Shown: positions 1 to 12,900 of the stretch, piece by piece
Layout of the letters: every line of letters begins with the position of its first letter
Numbering within the stretch: position 1 is the first letter of the stretch
Source: Haliotis cracherodii
Taxonomy: Eukaryota
Assembly: GCF_022045235.1 (NCBI RefSeq)
Contig: NW_027266308.1
Coordinates: 28,954,001 to 29,018,000 of the forward strand
Length of the DNA: 64,000 bases
Direction of reading: 5' to 3'
Program-made: the position numbers and the translations under genes
The notes under the pieces: generated by a model
Told to the model about the DNA's origin: nothing
Databases searched by the model: none
The model's input: the letters and a program-made list of their open reading frames with translations, nothing else

Positions 1-648
1 GTGCTCAAGTGATTTGATGCACTTCTTGAGGTAAGACCTGTTTTATTACAATATAGACCTTGATTATCGATCAGATCATTTTCACGGGGCACCATCATTT
101 TGCTTGAAATAATTGCAAGTGATATCAGTGATGGGATCTGATTGGTCAATAGTAGGGGCATAGAAGGGACATAACTCTCACTAGTCACTGGTGGCACGAA
201 GATCAAGCCTTGTTATTCCAGCCCAGTTCAGCAGGGGTGGGAACTGGACTTTTACAGTCAGTTAACTCCCTTGCCTCGGGAAGATGACAAACCCATCACT
301 TTAAATGACGGTGTCTCTGGGGCATGGGAGTATTAATGCAGTTGGATCTAAAATTTGGGAAATATCCCGAAAACCTCACGTCAGATGAGGGCCAAAATAT
401 CTAATTTTGTGAAGGGTCGAGAAATAATCAGTCCAGTAGTAGAGGCTGGACTGGGAACCAAGAGCTTTTATAGAGCGAGTGAGCGAATGTTGCTTAACGC
501 TGCAGTCAGCAAGTCTCCATCCAGCATTATGACAGAGACCTGTACCTAGACTGGACCATGCAATCCATTGACTGAAGCATGAGTATGACAGGTATGATGT
601 AGTGGGACCAATACTGACTCACAACCCCCACGGGTCTACATATTAAAT

Positions 649-1186
649 CAATCTCATTAAAATCAGATCTTAGTTCTTGCTACCACCAAACATGGATCTG
701 AAGACATCCCATTATTGGTCATGTCAAAACGACCTTTCTTTGAATTTTGACTGACCAAGGAGGTGTCTAACAGGATGCTCAACATTAGCCAGTAAGATAG
801 CAGCTTTCTCAAACTTTACAGCACTAGTTTCAAAATGGTGACTTCCATGCCACACTACGCTTGAAATATATTTTGAAAACTGAACTAAAGATAATTCTGG
901 AATGTCTAATACATGGCCAAGATTGTGTGGCAGTAGTTCCCTCGGGCTATGGAAAGTCTTCGTTTCAAATGTTTATCCACTGAAATCTATGCTTGGGAAT
1001 AAGTCAAACTGCCCCTACCTGAAGATCAAAATACCAAATGTTACCTTTGTGACTGTCGCATTCCCATTCTAGTAAGCAATGCTCTGATTGGTCAGATGAA
1101 AGGTCGTTCTGAGGTGATCCAAAATGGGATGTCCTCAAATCTTTGTTTAGTGGAATCAAGAACTAAGATCTGATTTTAATTTGATG
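649..1186 (+). mobile_element. Non-autonomous DNA transposon with ~60-bp TIRs and a RecQ-like helicase N-terminal remnant (AcademH-like by inference)
   Basis: TIR CAATCTCATTAAAATCAGATCTTAGTTCTTG... mirrored at about 1125-1186; 861-983 translates to LKTELKIILECLIHGQDCVAVVPSGYGKSSFQ. Confidence 0.7.
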
Positions 1187-1206
1187 GTATATTAAATTAG
1201 ACTTAC

Positions 1207-3965
1207 ATGTAATCGTGGTTGAACTGTAGACAGGACACACATCCCTTGTGGCCAGGAAGAGATGCACGGTGAGTAAACAGTCGCATGTCCCACACCTGTT
1301 GTCAGGAAAATAGTATCATACTGAAGTAATGTCCCACATCTGTTGTCAGGAAAATAGTTTGATACAGAAGTATAATCCCACACCTGTTGTCAGGAAAATA
1401 GTATCATACAGAAGTAATCTTCCACACATGTTGCCAGGAATATAGTATCATACAGAAGTACTGTCCCTAACTTTTTGCCAGGAAAATAGTATTAGACAGA
1501 AGTAATGTCCCATATCTGTTGCCCGGAAAATAGCGTCTCACAGAAGTAATGTCCAAACACCTGTTCTCAGGAAAATAGTACCCCATATGACGTGACCATA
1601 GATAAGCTGAATTTGGAGGACCGGAAAAAAGATTCGGCTTACGTATTGGTTACACTTTCATCAAACTCTGTTTCTGTGGGTAAAACAATATATATCGTAT
1701 TGCTTCAGGTGAATGAACAACCCTCTAACAAACATTGTCACAGAAAATGTTAGATTTGTGATTAAACATCACTAGACATGATGATTTACCATTTTGATTG
1801 TATTTCTTGTTATGCCAGGCATTGTTTTACCGGTATATGCAGGGATACAGATTATTGTGTATATTGTCTCGTAAAATAAGCCGGAAATAGCAATCAGCTG
1901 AACACACCTGTTCTCCCAATCTACCGGTGATTATGTTAAAACATACCCAATAATATGACAGAAAAGAATTTTCATGAAATGATTTGAAAAAATAGTATAT
2001 TGAATTACTATTTTACTACAAATAATATATCCTGATATCGTGTTATTTTAATTGCAGGTTGTACTACATATCTTTAAAATAATGATAACCACAACCTGGA
2101 TTATGCGGTAGCACTTTTGTGTATTATTGGATACTTTTTTCTTGTGAAACAATTTGACAAAACACCGTTAAGGTTTCGCGTGAAACAATATCTTGACATT
2201 TAATCATCAAACTAAAACAAATATGACTTTTAACAGTCAGTTATGGCAGTCATGGTATATGTATGCATTTTCTGACAAGTAAAGCAGTGTGTCACTTGTT
2301 GTCATGACAATGGTATCAAACAAACAAAATAATATCCCACCCTTATTGTCAGGAAAATAGGACCATACAGAAGTAATGTCCCAAACCTGTTGTCAGGAAA
2401 ATAGTTTCATCAGGTCAAAAACCAGTGGGAAATTGCATGAGCAATGATGTTCACTGCATGGGTACAATTACATACAGCCAGATCACACACTGCTGACACT
2501 CATTTTGATTGGCTGTTATGCTAAGATGGGTACTTGGGACGGGACGGGGATGTGGACGGGCCCATACCTCAGATTGTTCCTTCATCATATCACTCACTGA
2601 CAACCTGTATGGTTTTATACTCTACATCTGTAGGAAAGGACAAATTGTTTTTGTCATCTCTCATCTGATGACATGAAGGAATATTAAATGTTTTTTTAGT
2701 CCATCTCCGGCAAAGAATTCCATCACAAAACTGACCAACGACAACACCAAAATGAAAAAGATACCAAAATTTCAGAAAGTCTTTTGAATATTTGATTTAA
2801 AAAAAAAAATTGTTTTCGTGCAAAAATTGAGACGAGTTCACCTTTTGCTATAATGTTCCAAGTTTCATGAAAAGAAACTATTTTATTTTTAGTTCTCTGG
2901 AATGACAAATTGGAATCCTATTTAAACTATTTAAGTATTTAATGTATGAGGAAAGACCAAAGTGATACAAGTCAGAGTCGTTACCACTTTGGTGGAACCC
3001 ACAAGCACAGGTATCTTGGATTTAGCCCACTATCAACCTGGTACATGTAAGGGACACAACTCTTAGCATACTACAAAGAATCTTTATCATCTGTCACTCA
3101 CCATGACAACCATGTCCCATGAGCCAGTGACTAGAATCTCATCATCAAATTGGATACAGCGGACACCTCCCTGTAACCACGACAACAGTTGGCATCAGAC
3201 ACAGGTAATGTTATACATCTCTGCTTCTTTAATTTTGTTCAAGAACATAGTCATATTGATTAACAAAATAAGCCTATTTTCTATGCATATTATTGCCTAT
3301 AAATATGTTTTTTTTTCATGGAAAACAATATTGAGAGATGTTAATCTTTTCTATTTTAAGAGCTGAAACAAAAAATTCAGAAACGAGCATATTAAATAAC
3401 TTTTCTCTTTGCTTCCCAAAGTCAACACAAGAGAAACAATATCAGGTCTATGGCAAAAGATATAAAATACTTTATTTTTCTATTTTTGCCCAGTGCAACA
3501 ACATGAATTCTGATGACATTACTAGAGTAGAAAAAAACTTTTTATGTTATGGTTTACAGATGTGTTTTATGGCCAAAACATATGGAATAAAAAGATATTT
3601 CAAATTATGTCTTGTCATTCTATGAAACGGTATCTGATTATGTTGCCATTAGTGCAACATCGGTATAGCTTGTACTGTTGTTTAATCTGTTGCAACATTT
3701 TGTCTTGCAGTTTAACCTATTGTCTGCACAATTTTCCTCAGAAAAAAACACGCTTTTCAGATTTGTACCTCTCTCACTACTTTTAAATTTTTTAGTGTCG
3801 GCGGAATCCTTACACCATTGCTTTTAACAATCTCACCTTAGGTCCATAAAACTTGTGCAAACTGCGCCCGCTACGAATGTCCCAGACACGGATACTTCGA
3901 TCAAGACCACCGGTCACGAGACGGCGCTTGTCGAACTGGAGGCACAGGATGCCACTCATGTGCCC
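1207..3965 (-). CDS. F-box/WD gene, WD40 exons 14-16 (3965-3837, 3170-3102, 1295-1207)
   Basis: Clear GH...WD repeats; canonical splice sites; phases 0/0/0/2. Confidence 0.92.
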
Positions 3966-6900
3966 CTACAATACAAGCAGATACCATAAGCACTCAATTA
4001 CAACAATACACATTTGGATTTGTGAAGGGATGGTATTGTTTAACGTTCGAGTGAAACTGGTGCACCATCCATCAAAGAAATAGTCGGCTTGTAAAGCATG
4101 CATCTCCTTACAAAATGTATGCTCAGAGTGCTGTATTATTATTTCCACAGTCAATTGACCAGTAGCACTCAATTTCTCATTCTCAACTCCCTGTGAAGTA
4201 TACAACCCAAGCTGCCTTTGAGGCGTTTATAGAACGTTAACAGTAACATTACCATCTCATCCTACTGGGTACCCATTCACTGCTTGGTTAGGTAAGATTA
4301 GGAGAAATTGGGTTTAACATCACGCTCATGATAATTGTGCTTATATTTTAAAAGGCATCCATGTGTATGTGGCTGCTTGTACTAGTCCAGACTTGTGCCA
4401 ATTTTATAGTGCTAACCCACTGAGGTACCATGCCGCAGTTTAACATGAATACCCCACTCAGACACAGTATACTGATTCCGAGCTGACCAGTCCTTGTTTC
4501 AGCTCCTTTGCTGAGTGCCAGGCAGGGTAACAACAAGTACCATCTTTAATGTCTTTTGGTATGACGCGGCCAGTGAGTGGATCCCGGACCTTCTGCTCTC
4601 CGGGCAGACACTCTACCACTAGACCACGGAGGCAGTCCACTGCTGGGTGAACAGAGGCATGTTTCGAACAAAGTCACTTGCCCAAAAAGACACCACATTG
4701 TTGAGGATCATATTTGATTGAGAATAAAGAAAGGACAACGTTCCACTGTGTGAGTGAGTGAGTGAGTGAGTGAGTGAGTGAGTGAGTGAGTGAGTGAGTG
4801 ACAGATGTTTGCTTTGAATGAATGTTGTTTTATGCAGCAATAAGCACTGGACCAAACAAACCAGTGATTATTAATGATCGCAAAGCAACAATCCACACCA
4901 TCATAGTGAGTGAGTATGGTTTAACGCCGCTTTTAGCAATATTCCAGCAATATCACGGCGGGGGACACTAGAAATGGGCTTCACACATTGTACCCATGTC
5001 AGGTATCAAACCCGGGTCTTTGGGGTGGGTGAAAAGCGAATGCTTTAACCATTAGGCTACCCTATCGCCCTGTTTGTCAACCTCAGATAATGGCGCTGTG
5101 TAATTTGGGTTATTGTCTAATGTTTCCGTTAATGAAAGCAACAGTGTTATGCAATGACAGTTCCTTCTCACCTGCAGTTTGCGAACCTTCTTGACGCTAG
5201 CAACAGTACCGGCAAACTTTCGAGCTCGCGTGTTTGTGATTGGCGCAGTGTCTGGAGACGATGCATGCCACTGTAGAGTCACAGCAGGTACAACCTTGCC
5301 CTGAAACACATCACCAGGGTCATCATCTTCGTGGTCTTCAGCAACCCATGCTTGTCGTAAAAACTATGCTTGTTGTAAGAGGCAACAAAAGGATCAGGTG
5401 GTTAGGCTCGCTGACTTGGTTGATGAATGTCATCGTATTCCAATTGCGTGGATTGATGCTCATGATATCAATCACCGGATTGTCTGGTCTAGACTCGCTT
5501 ATTTACAAACCGCCTTCATATATGTGCAATATTGCTGAGAGCAGTGTTAAACAAACAAACAAGCATAAAAAACATGTTATGGTAGAGCATAGAAACCATG
5601 TTATGGTAGATACATAATGTTTCTATAATTGTGCATAAGGATCTATAGTTGCATCAGTTTTAATTGTTTAAAATGCATATTCAGAATGGCCAGTGAATTT
5701 CTTGCAAGAACAATAGTGTCACGTCATAATGATTTAAAAGAAGGCTTAGAGAAGAGATATCAGGCGACTGGTCCAACTATTGATGCATCGTAATTGTCCA
5801 TGGCCTGATGCTAATACAAGTTAGAATATCAACAACATTGTTTCCACGTTATTGGTGGTATTGACAGACTTAAATACTTCCCAACCTGCTTAAACTAGAA
5901 CTTTGTGTTAGGCTCTGTCCTCATGTTGAAGAATGCAAGGAGGGCTACACAGTGGAATGTCACAGGTACTTATGTATGTAAAGAGCATGTGTAGTTACCA
6001 GTAAATCAACACTGGACTGCAGCATGGGCCGTACATCCAGAGACATCCCCTCTTCATCATCCTCATCATCTCCCTCCTTCCTCCTCCGCAACACTGCGCT
6101 GGCCTGCTTCTCTTGGCTGTAGGGAGGAGGTGTCATGTTAAAGTGTTCTTCTGATTTGGCTTTCCTCACTTCTCAAGGAGGATTATACAAGTGTCCATAT
6201 ACAACGACCTTGGACACATACCTAGAATTCTAACGGTACCAATCAAGATTGTGAGTGAGTTGAGCTAAAAGCTGATTTGAACACTATTTCAGTTATATCA
6301 CAGCACATTAGAGTAAGTGATGGGAAGCAGTGATGAAAGCATAGCAGTGAATGTACCTGAAGTCAGCAATATTACAGCTATATTAAGAGGAATGTAAGTA
6401 ATAGGTCTTCAGCAACCCATGCTTGCCGTAAAAGGCAACTATGCTTGTCGTAAAAGGCGACTAACAGGATCGGGTGGTCAAGCTCGCTGACTTGATTGAT
6501 GCATGTCATCGTATCCCAATTGTGTGGATCGATGCTAATGATGTCAATCACTGGATTGTCTGGTCAAGACTCAATTATTTACAGACCGATGACATATAGC
6601 TGGAATATTGCTGAGTGCAGCGTTAAACAACAAACAAACAGTTGAGTCTGGAATTGATCAAAAGACAATAGTCGACAGAAAAATTATTCCACCCCATATG
6701 CATACTATAAAACAGTCTCAATCAGGTCACTGAAACCACCCAAATACCAATGTAGTCAGCTTTTAATACATTTTGACATATTTTCACACGATGATTTTAC
6801 GCTGCAATGAAGTCGGGCACCACTGAGATAATGGAGGTGGGAAATTAGTAGGACTGCACAGTAGGCCTCTATCCAGGAATACTGGAAAACTGCAGTAAGC

Positions 6901-9900
6901 ATTCCGAACGATACATAATGCCATATTTCTTCTGGTATATTGGGTAAAATATCTGACATGTTTTGTTATTATTTGTATTGTTAAACCTACAATCTACACA
7001 GAAATTCATTCACAAATGATGTTTCCCATCCAAAATGTCAGAAATGCAGAAGTGATATTTCCCTCACGTTCTTATCTCCCCAGGATCCATGACTTCAAAT
7101 TGGCAGTGACTAATCACCCTGAGTAATATTTACCTTAGTTTGAAGAAAATATGATCTGCATGTACAATCTCTCACAATCACTGTCAAACACTTTAGATGC
7201 CAATATATCACTATATGTTCTGCAATATATTGCAATAAATATTTTTGGGGCAATACACAGATCTAGAAATCAGGTAAGGCATTGAAACAACCTGATAAAA
7301 TCCCTTGCACTGTACCCTGAGAGTCACACACTCTCAATGTTCCTATTACTCACACTCCTACCCAGAGTTCCATGCGTACCTCTGCCACAGGCTATTGCCA
7401 TGTGACGATTCGTCACATCTTTCACAGTCCATTCAAGATAGTGCATTTGTTTTTCATCCATTTCATGTTTGACAAGTCTACACATTTTCATTAACAAATG
7501 TCAAAGGATGTTTACGGTTCATTAAGAAAGTATGCTACTACGTGAAAATCTACTTGTTTTTGCATGGTTATTCTTTATTTACATTGGTTGTATGGCTCCA
7601 CGTGCTGCCATCGAAGCCCAATGGAGAGCTAGCGATATGGTCACTTTGATGAATAAATATACATTGTCATTCAACTCACTGTCGCAGGTGAAGTAGCATA
7701 TCTGTATAATTATGCAAAACAATATGTAAAGCGCCCCCAGATACTTGCATTACTCCGTTCTGTACAGATTTCTGAAAAAGTGTGTTGGTTTACAAACAAG
7801 AGAAAAGTCCGGTCACATGATATGCAAATTAGCCTGTGGCAGTAGTGCTGAGTCACCAGTGCACCGGGGTGTGCCTACTACTGTCAGTCGCTTATTTGCC
7901 TAGTTCTGACTCCAATATTGACATGCTCCCATGTTAAAGATGACTACTGTTGACTAGGAAACCAAACAAATCAATCTCCCTCCCTTTCTCCCTCCCTCCA
8001 ACACTCACTGATGAGGGAACTGATGTAGGATTTTATTTAATGTTATAAGACATGGACTAAACTCACTCTCCATTCTCTTCCTCTTCTTGTATGGAATCCT
8101 TCACATCTTTGTCGGCATCCTTCACCTTCCTTGTGCGGGAAGACTTGCGATATCGAGGCTGGTACGAATACTTCACTGAAAATAAGGAATACTACATATG
8201 TAATTTGATCAACAAAACAGTCATCTTTATACTGTTTTATACTAAATAATGAACAATGAAAACATCATTTCGCCTTCTTGCAAATTCAAATGAGAGATTG
8301 ATTGGCCAAAATTAAAGTATCCTCGAAGAATATTTCAGTGATATCATGACATGTCAGCTTAATGTGAGAGGAGATCCCGAATTGAGGCACAGTTTATACT
8401 CGGGCTGGGACGGGTAACTCAGGTACTCGGGTCGGGTGGGTCCGGAGCAGGACCCGGGTACCCACAGTACTACCCCAACCTGTGGTTAGTCACGTGATAT
8501 GTTGTGTAATGACAAAAAATTCACTACTGCTCAGTGGTTACACTACAAGTCTTTTTTACTTGTAAATGTTTGAATAAAGATAAAGCTTCAGTCATCTTCA
8601 GTGTATGCGTGATCTGATCGTTTGCTACATGTACATGATGTATCTAAACAGTTTTTGCCAGAGCCTCGGTAAAACAATTCCCAATCAGACATTTTGTTCC
8701 CAACTCTTGAGACCTACAGTGGGTATCCAGGTAGTTTTGGTAATAGGGGGTCGGGTACCCGGTAAGGAAATATCAGTACCATCCCAACATCACCCAACTT
8801 GGTACACCCACCTAACTTCTATACCCAGGTCTTAGCCATGGTGAAATACTTCCCTCAGGGACTCCTTTGTTGCCATGGCAACCTAGAAAGCCTCATTTGA
8901 CTCACACTCATATTTACCTTGGGGCTGTGGTTCAGTCTGAAGGGCATATTCAGCCATAAAGGGAGATAAATCTTCATCCAATGAACTGTCAGAACTGTCA
9001 TCCTCCTCCTCCTCAGATAAAAGATACCTCAGAGTTGTCTGCCCTTTGCGTGATCGTATTGGCTCACCAACACCCAGCTTGACTTTGGCTTCAAAATGCA
9101 ACATGTCAGGTGACAGTATAGAAAATATATTTGTGATAAGCAGGTTAAGTTTTATATCTTATATGTCAAATACATCATATCTGTATAATACACCAAGTGT
9201 TAATTGCTGTAACTACTTGCATCAATCTTCATAAAACATCCCGCCATTGACAGGTGCAAGATAGCTGAAGCAGAGTTCAGCAATAATTACTCACTCCCTC
9301 ACTCACTGAACACTTACGGACACGCTGACCCCTTTTGTAACCTTTCATTCCGTCCTCTGAATGAAAAATACCAAAACAGTGGTAAGTGCAGGTATTCATG
9401 GTACAAACTACAAACTGATGTTTAATAACAGCAATTCTCTTAAAGCTCTCAAAGCTACTGTCGAACCAGTTCGACAGAGTGTGTCACTAGCCGTGTTGCT
9501 ACTGTCGAACCAGTTCAACAGGCGAATATAGCATAAGGACACCAACAAACAAAACTCGCCATATCTATTTACCAACCTTATCCAAGACAAAAGATTGAAT
9601 GACTTTGGAGATACAAGAGGAAAACATATTTTTCCAGTTTCTTGATTTGTGAATAAGATAAAGATTATCTTCAAAATAAGGCATTTAAGTAAGTCCCATC
9701 TTTCAAGCTGAAGAGAATATTTCTTTTCATTCATTTATGGCCAATTTTGCTCACAATTGAAAGTCTGAAATTAGAAGAATCAAATTATTTGGCACTGATC
9801 CTTCATGTATGGCTGCCTACAAATAGAATTAAGTCTCAATCAATCTATATCTGTTGAAGTAGGGATAAAGAAAAATGCTCCATAACAGTTAAATCATATT

Positions 9901-12900
9901 CTACCAGGACTTTGGAAATACTCAATTCTGATTGGTTAATCAGAAGCCTGTGCATTCAGTTCCAAATTCATTTCAGCTCCATCTTCAACTAGCACAGTGC
10001 ATCATCTCCTAATGATGTGAACTCTGTGACCTGAGACTGACTTACCCTTTTGACAAGCGCCATCTTCATCACCACCTGAAGGAGGACACAAAAATGGCCA
10101 TGTGAAACATAAAACATCATATAATGTGTTCATGTAAGGGATCAACAGTGCCCAACAAAGCTGCCTGCCTGGTATCCCGTGCCTGGTAAGATTTCTGTCA
10201 GGATGGTTGGTTGGTTTGTTGGTTTGTTGTTTAACGCCGCACTCAGCAATATTCCAGCTATATGACGAAGGTCTGTAAATAATAGAGTCTGGACCAGACA
10301 ATCCAGGGATTAATATCATAAGCATCGATCCATCCAATTGGGATCGATGACATGCATCAACCAAGTCAGCGAGCCTGAACACCTGATCCCGTAAGTCGCC
10401 TTTTACGACAAGCATAGTCACCTTTTATGGCAAGCATGGGTTGCTGAAGACCTACTCTACCCCGGAATCATCACGGGTCCTGCCAGGATGGGTGAAATTT
10501 ATTCCTTCTCACCCAGGTGTCCAATAAAACATTAATTACTGCTACACTAACCAAAATTGGTGGTAACTATTAATTGTTTAGAGTTGCCAGTTCACCAGGA
10601 ATTTGGTATCCAATGCCAGCGGATAAGGGATAATTTGTTTGTTATCTACTCCAGAATGTAGTCACAAATGAAGGCTTGCAATTTTCAAAACTGGCAAGTT
10701 GAATGTATGAGTCACTAGTCCACCTGGCTTGTTGGGAGTAAACCATTATTTCAGACCCCTGTTATTTCCACCTTGAATTGCCTTAACCTGCCCGCCACCA
10801 CCAGGTCAATGCTGTAGCCATGCTGTACTTACTGAGCTGTATGTCCTGGGGAACTGACAGGCCCTGCTTCATTGTGTGTACAAGCTGGGTCAGCTCCATG
10901 TACGCCAGCTTCCAGTCCACGACACGAGACAGACTGTTCGCCTCCAACACCAGACCTGTGATGTTGTCCACGCCCTCGTGCTCACCTAAACACCACAGCA
11001 AGACAGACTACAGTGACGGGGTGAGTGAGGGAATGATTGACACCAAGTTTCCCGAATCAGCAATATATGTCGTAGGAGTCAGTAAGTAATACCCTGGGGA
11101 TTCCTTCAGGTACCATTTCAAAAACAGATGCCTACAAGAATGCTGACACAGCATAAAGCAATATCTACTAACTCACAGCAAGTACAGTCCATATCAGAAA
11201 TAACAGCAAAAATGCTGACTCAGCGTAAAGCAATATCTACTAACTCACAGCAAGTACAGTCCATATCGGAAATAACTGCAAAAATGCTGACACAGTCCAA
11301 CACAATATCTACTCTCTAACTCACAGCAAGTACAGTCCATATCAGAAATAACTGCAAAAATGCTGACACAGCGTAAAGTAATATCTATTCACTAACTCAC
11401 AGGAAGTACAATCCATATAAGAAATAACTGCAAAAATGCTGACACAGTGCAAAGCAATATCTACTTATCAACTAGAGCAAGTACAGTCCATATCAGAAAT
11501 AACTGCAAAAATGCTGACACAGCGTAAAGCAATATCTACTAACTCACAGCAAGTACAGTCCATATCAGAAATAACTGCAAAAATGCTGACACAGTGCAAA
11601 GCAATATCTACTTATTAACTAGAGCAAGTACATTCCATATCAGAAATAACTGCAAAAATGCTGACACAGAGTAAAGCAATATCTACTAATTCACAGCAAG
11701 TACAGTCCATATGAGAAATAACTGACTTTACTAACATACCATCATACTAACTTTCTATACCTTTCACCTTCTAAGGGAAGCGTAAATTCATGAGTGAGTG
11801 AATGTTATACATTCACGTCAGCAATATCAAATGGTATACATAGTGGCCTGTGAAATAATCAAGTCTGAACCAGACAAACTATAATGCAGTGGTTGAGCAC
11901 AATGATGCTACCTTCAGGCAATATAGGTCCTGGGGACAATGATGCTACCTTCAGGCAATGTAGGTCCTTGGCACAATGATGCTACTTTCAGGCAATGTAG
12001 GTCCTGGGGACAATGATGCTACCTTCAGGCAATGTAGTTCCTGGGGAGAATGATGCTACCTTCAGGCAATGTAGGTCCTTGGCACAATGATGCTACCTTC
12101 AGGCAATGTAGGTCCTGGGGACAATGATGCTACTTTCAGGCAATGTAGGTCCTGGCGAGAATGATGCTACCTTCAGGCAATGTAGGTCCTGGGGACAATG
12201 ATGCTACCTTCAGGCAATGTAGGTCCTGGGCACAATGATGCTACCTTCAGGCAATGAAGGTCCTGGGGACAATGATGCTACCTTCAGGCAATGTAGGTCC
12301 TGGGCACAATGATGCTACCTTCAGGCAATGTAGGTCCTGGGCACAATGATGCTACCTTCAGGCAATGTAGGTCCTGGGCACAATGATGCTACCTTCAGGC
12401 AATGTAGGTCCTTGGCACAATGATGCTACCTTCAGGCAATGTAGGTCCTGAGCACAATAATGCTACCTTCAGGCAATGTAGTTCCTGGGCACAATGATGC
12501 TACCTTCAGGCAATGTAGGTCCTGGGCACAATGATGCTACTTTCAGGCAATGTAGGTCCTGGGGACAATGATGCTACCTTCAGGCAATGTAGTTCCTGGG
12601 CACAATGATGCTACCTTCAGGCAATGTAGTTCCTGGGCACAATGATGCTACCTTCAGGCAATGTAGTTCCTGGGGACAATGATGCTACCTTCAGGCAATG
12701 TAGATCCTGAGCACAATGATGCTACCTTCAGGCAATGTAGGTCCTGGGCACAATGATGCTACCTTCAGGCAATGTAGGTCCTGGGCACAATGATGCTACC
12801 TTCAGGCAATGTAGGTCCTGGGCACAATGATGCTACCTTCAGGCAATGTAGGTCCTGGGGACAATGATGCTACCTTCAGGCAATGTAAGCCCTGGGCACA

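Noticed and set aside
10385-10479. Family-C head as a canonical HDV-like ribozyme
   Set aside because: A P4-CUAA-P2-like 3' end can be drawn, but there is no P3/L3 (UCC-type) or P1.1 element; kept only as an unclassified candidate
11128-11618. 24-aa repeat ORFs ([14 protein letters not shown]...)
   Set aside because: In-frame reading of a 72-bp intronic minisatellite, broken by 76-bp variant units
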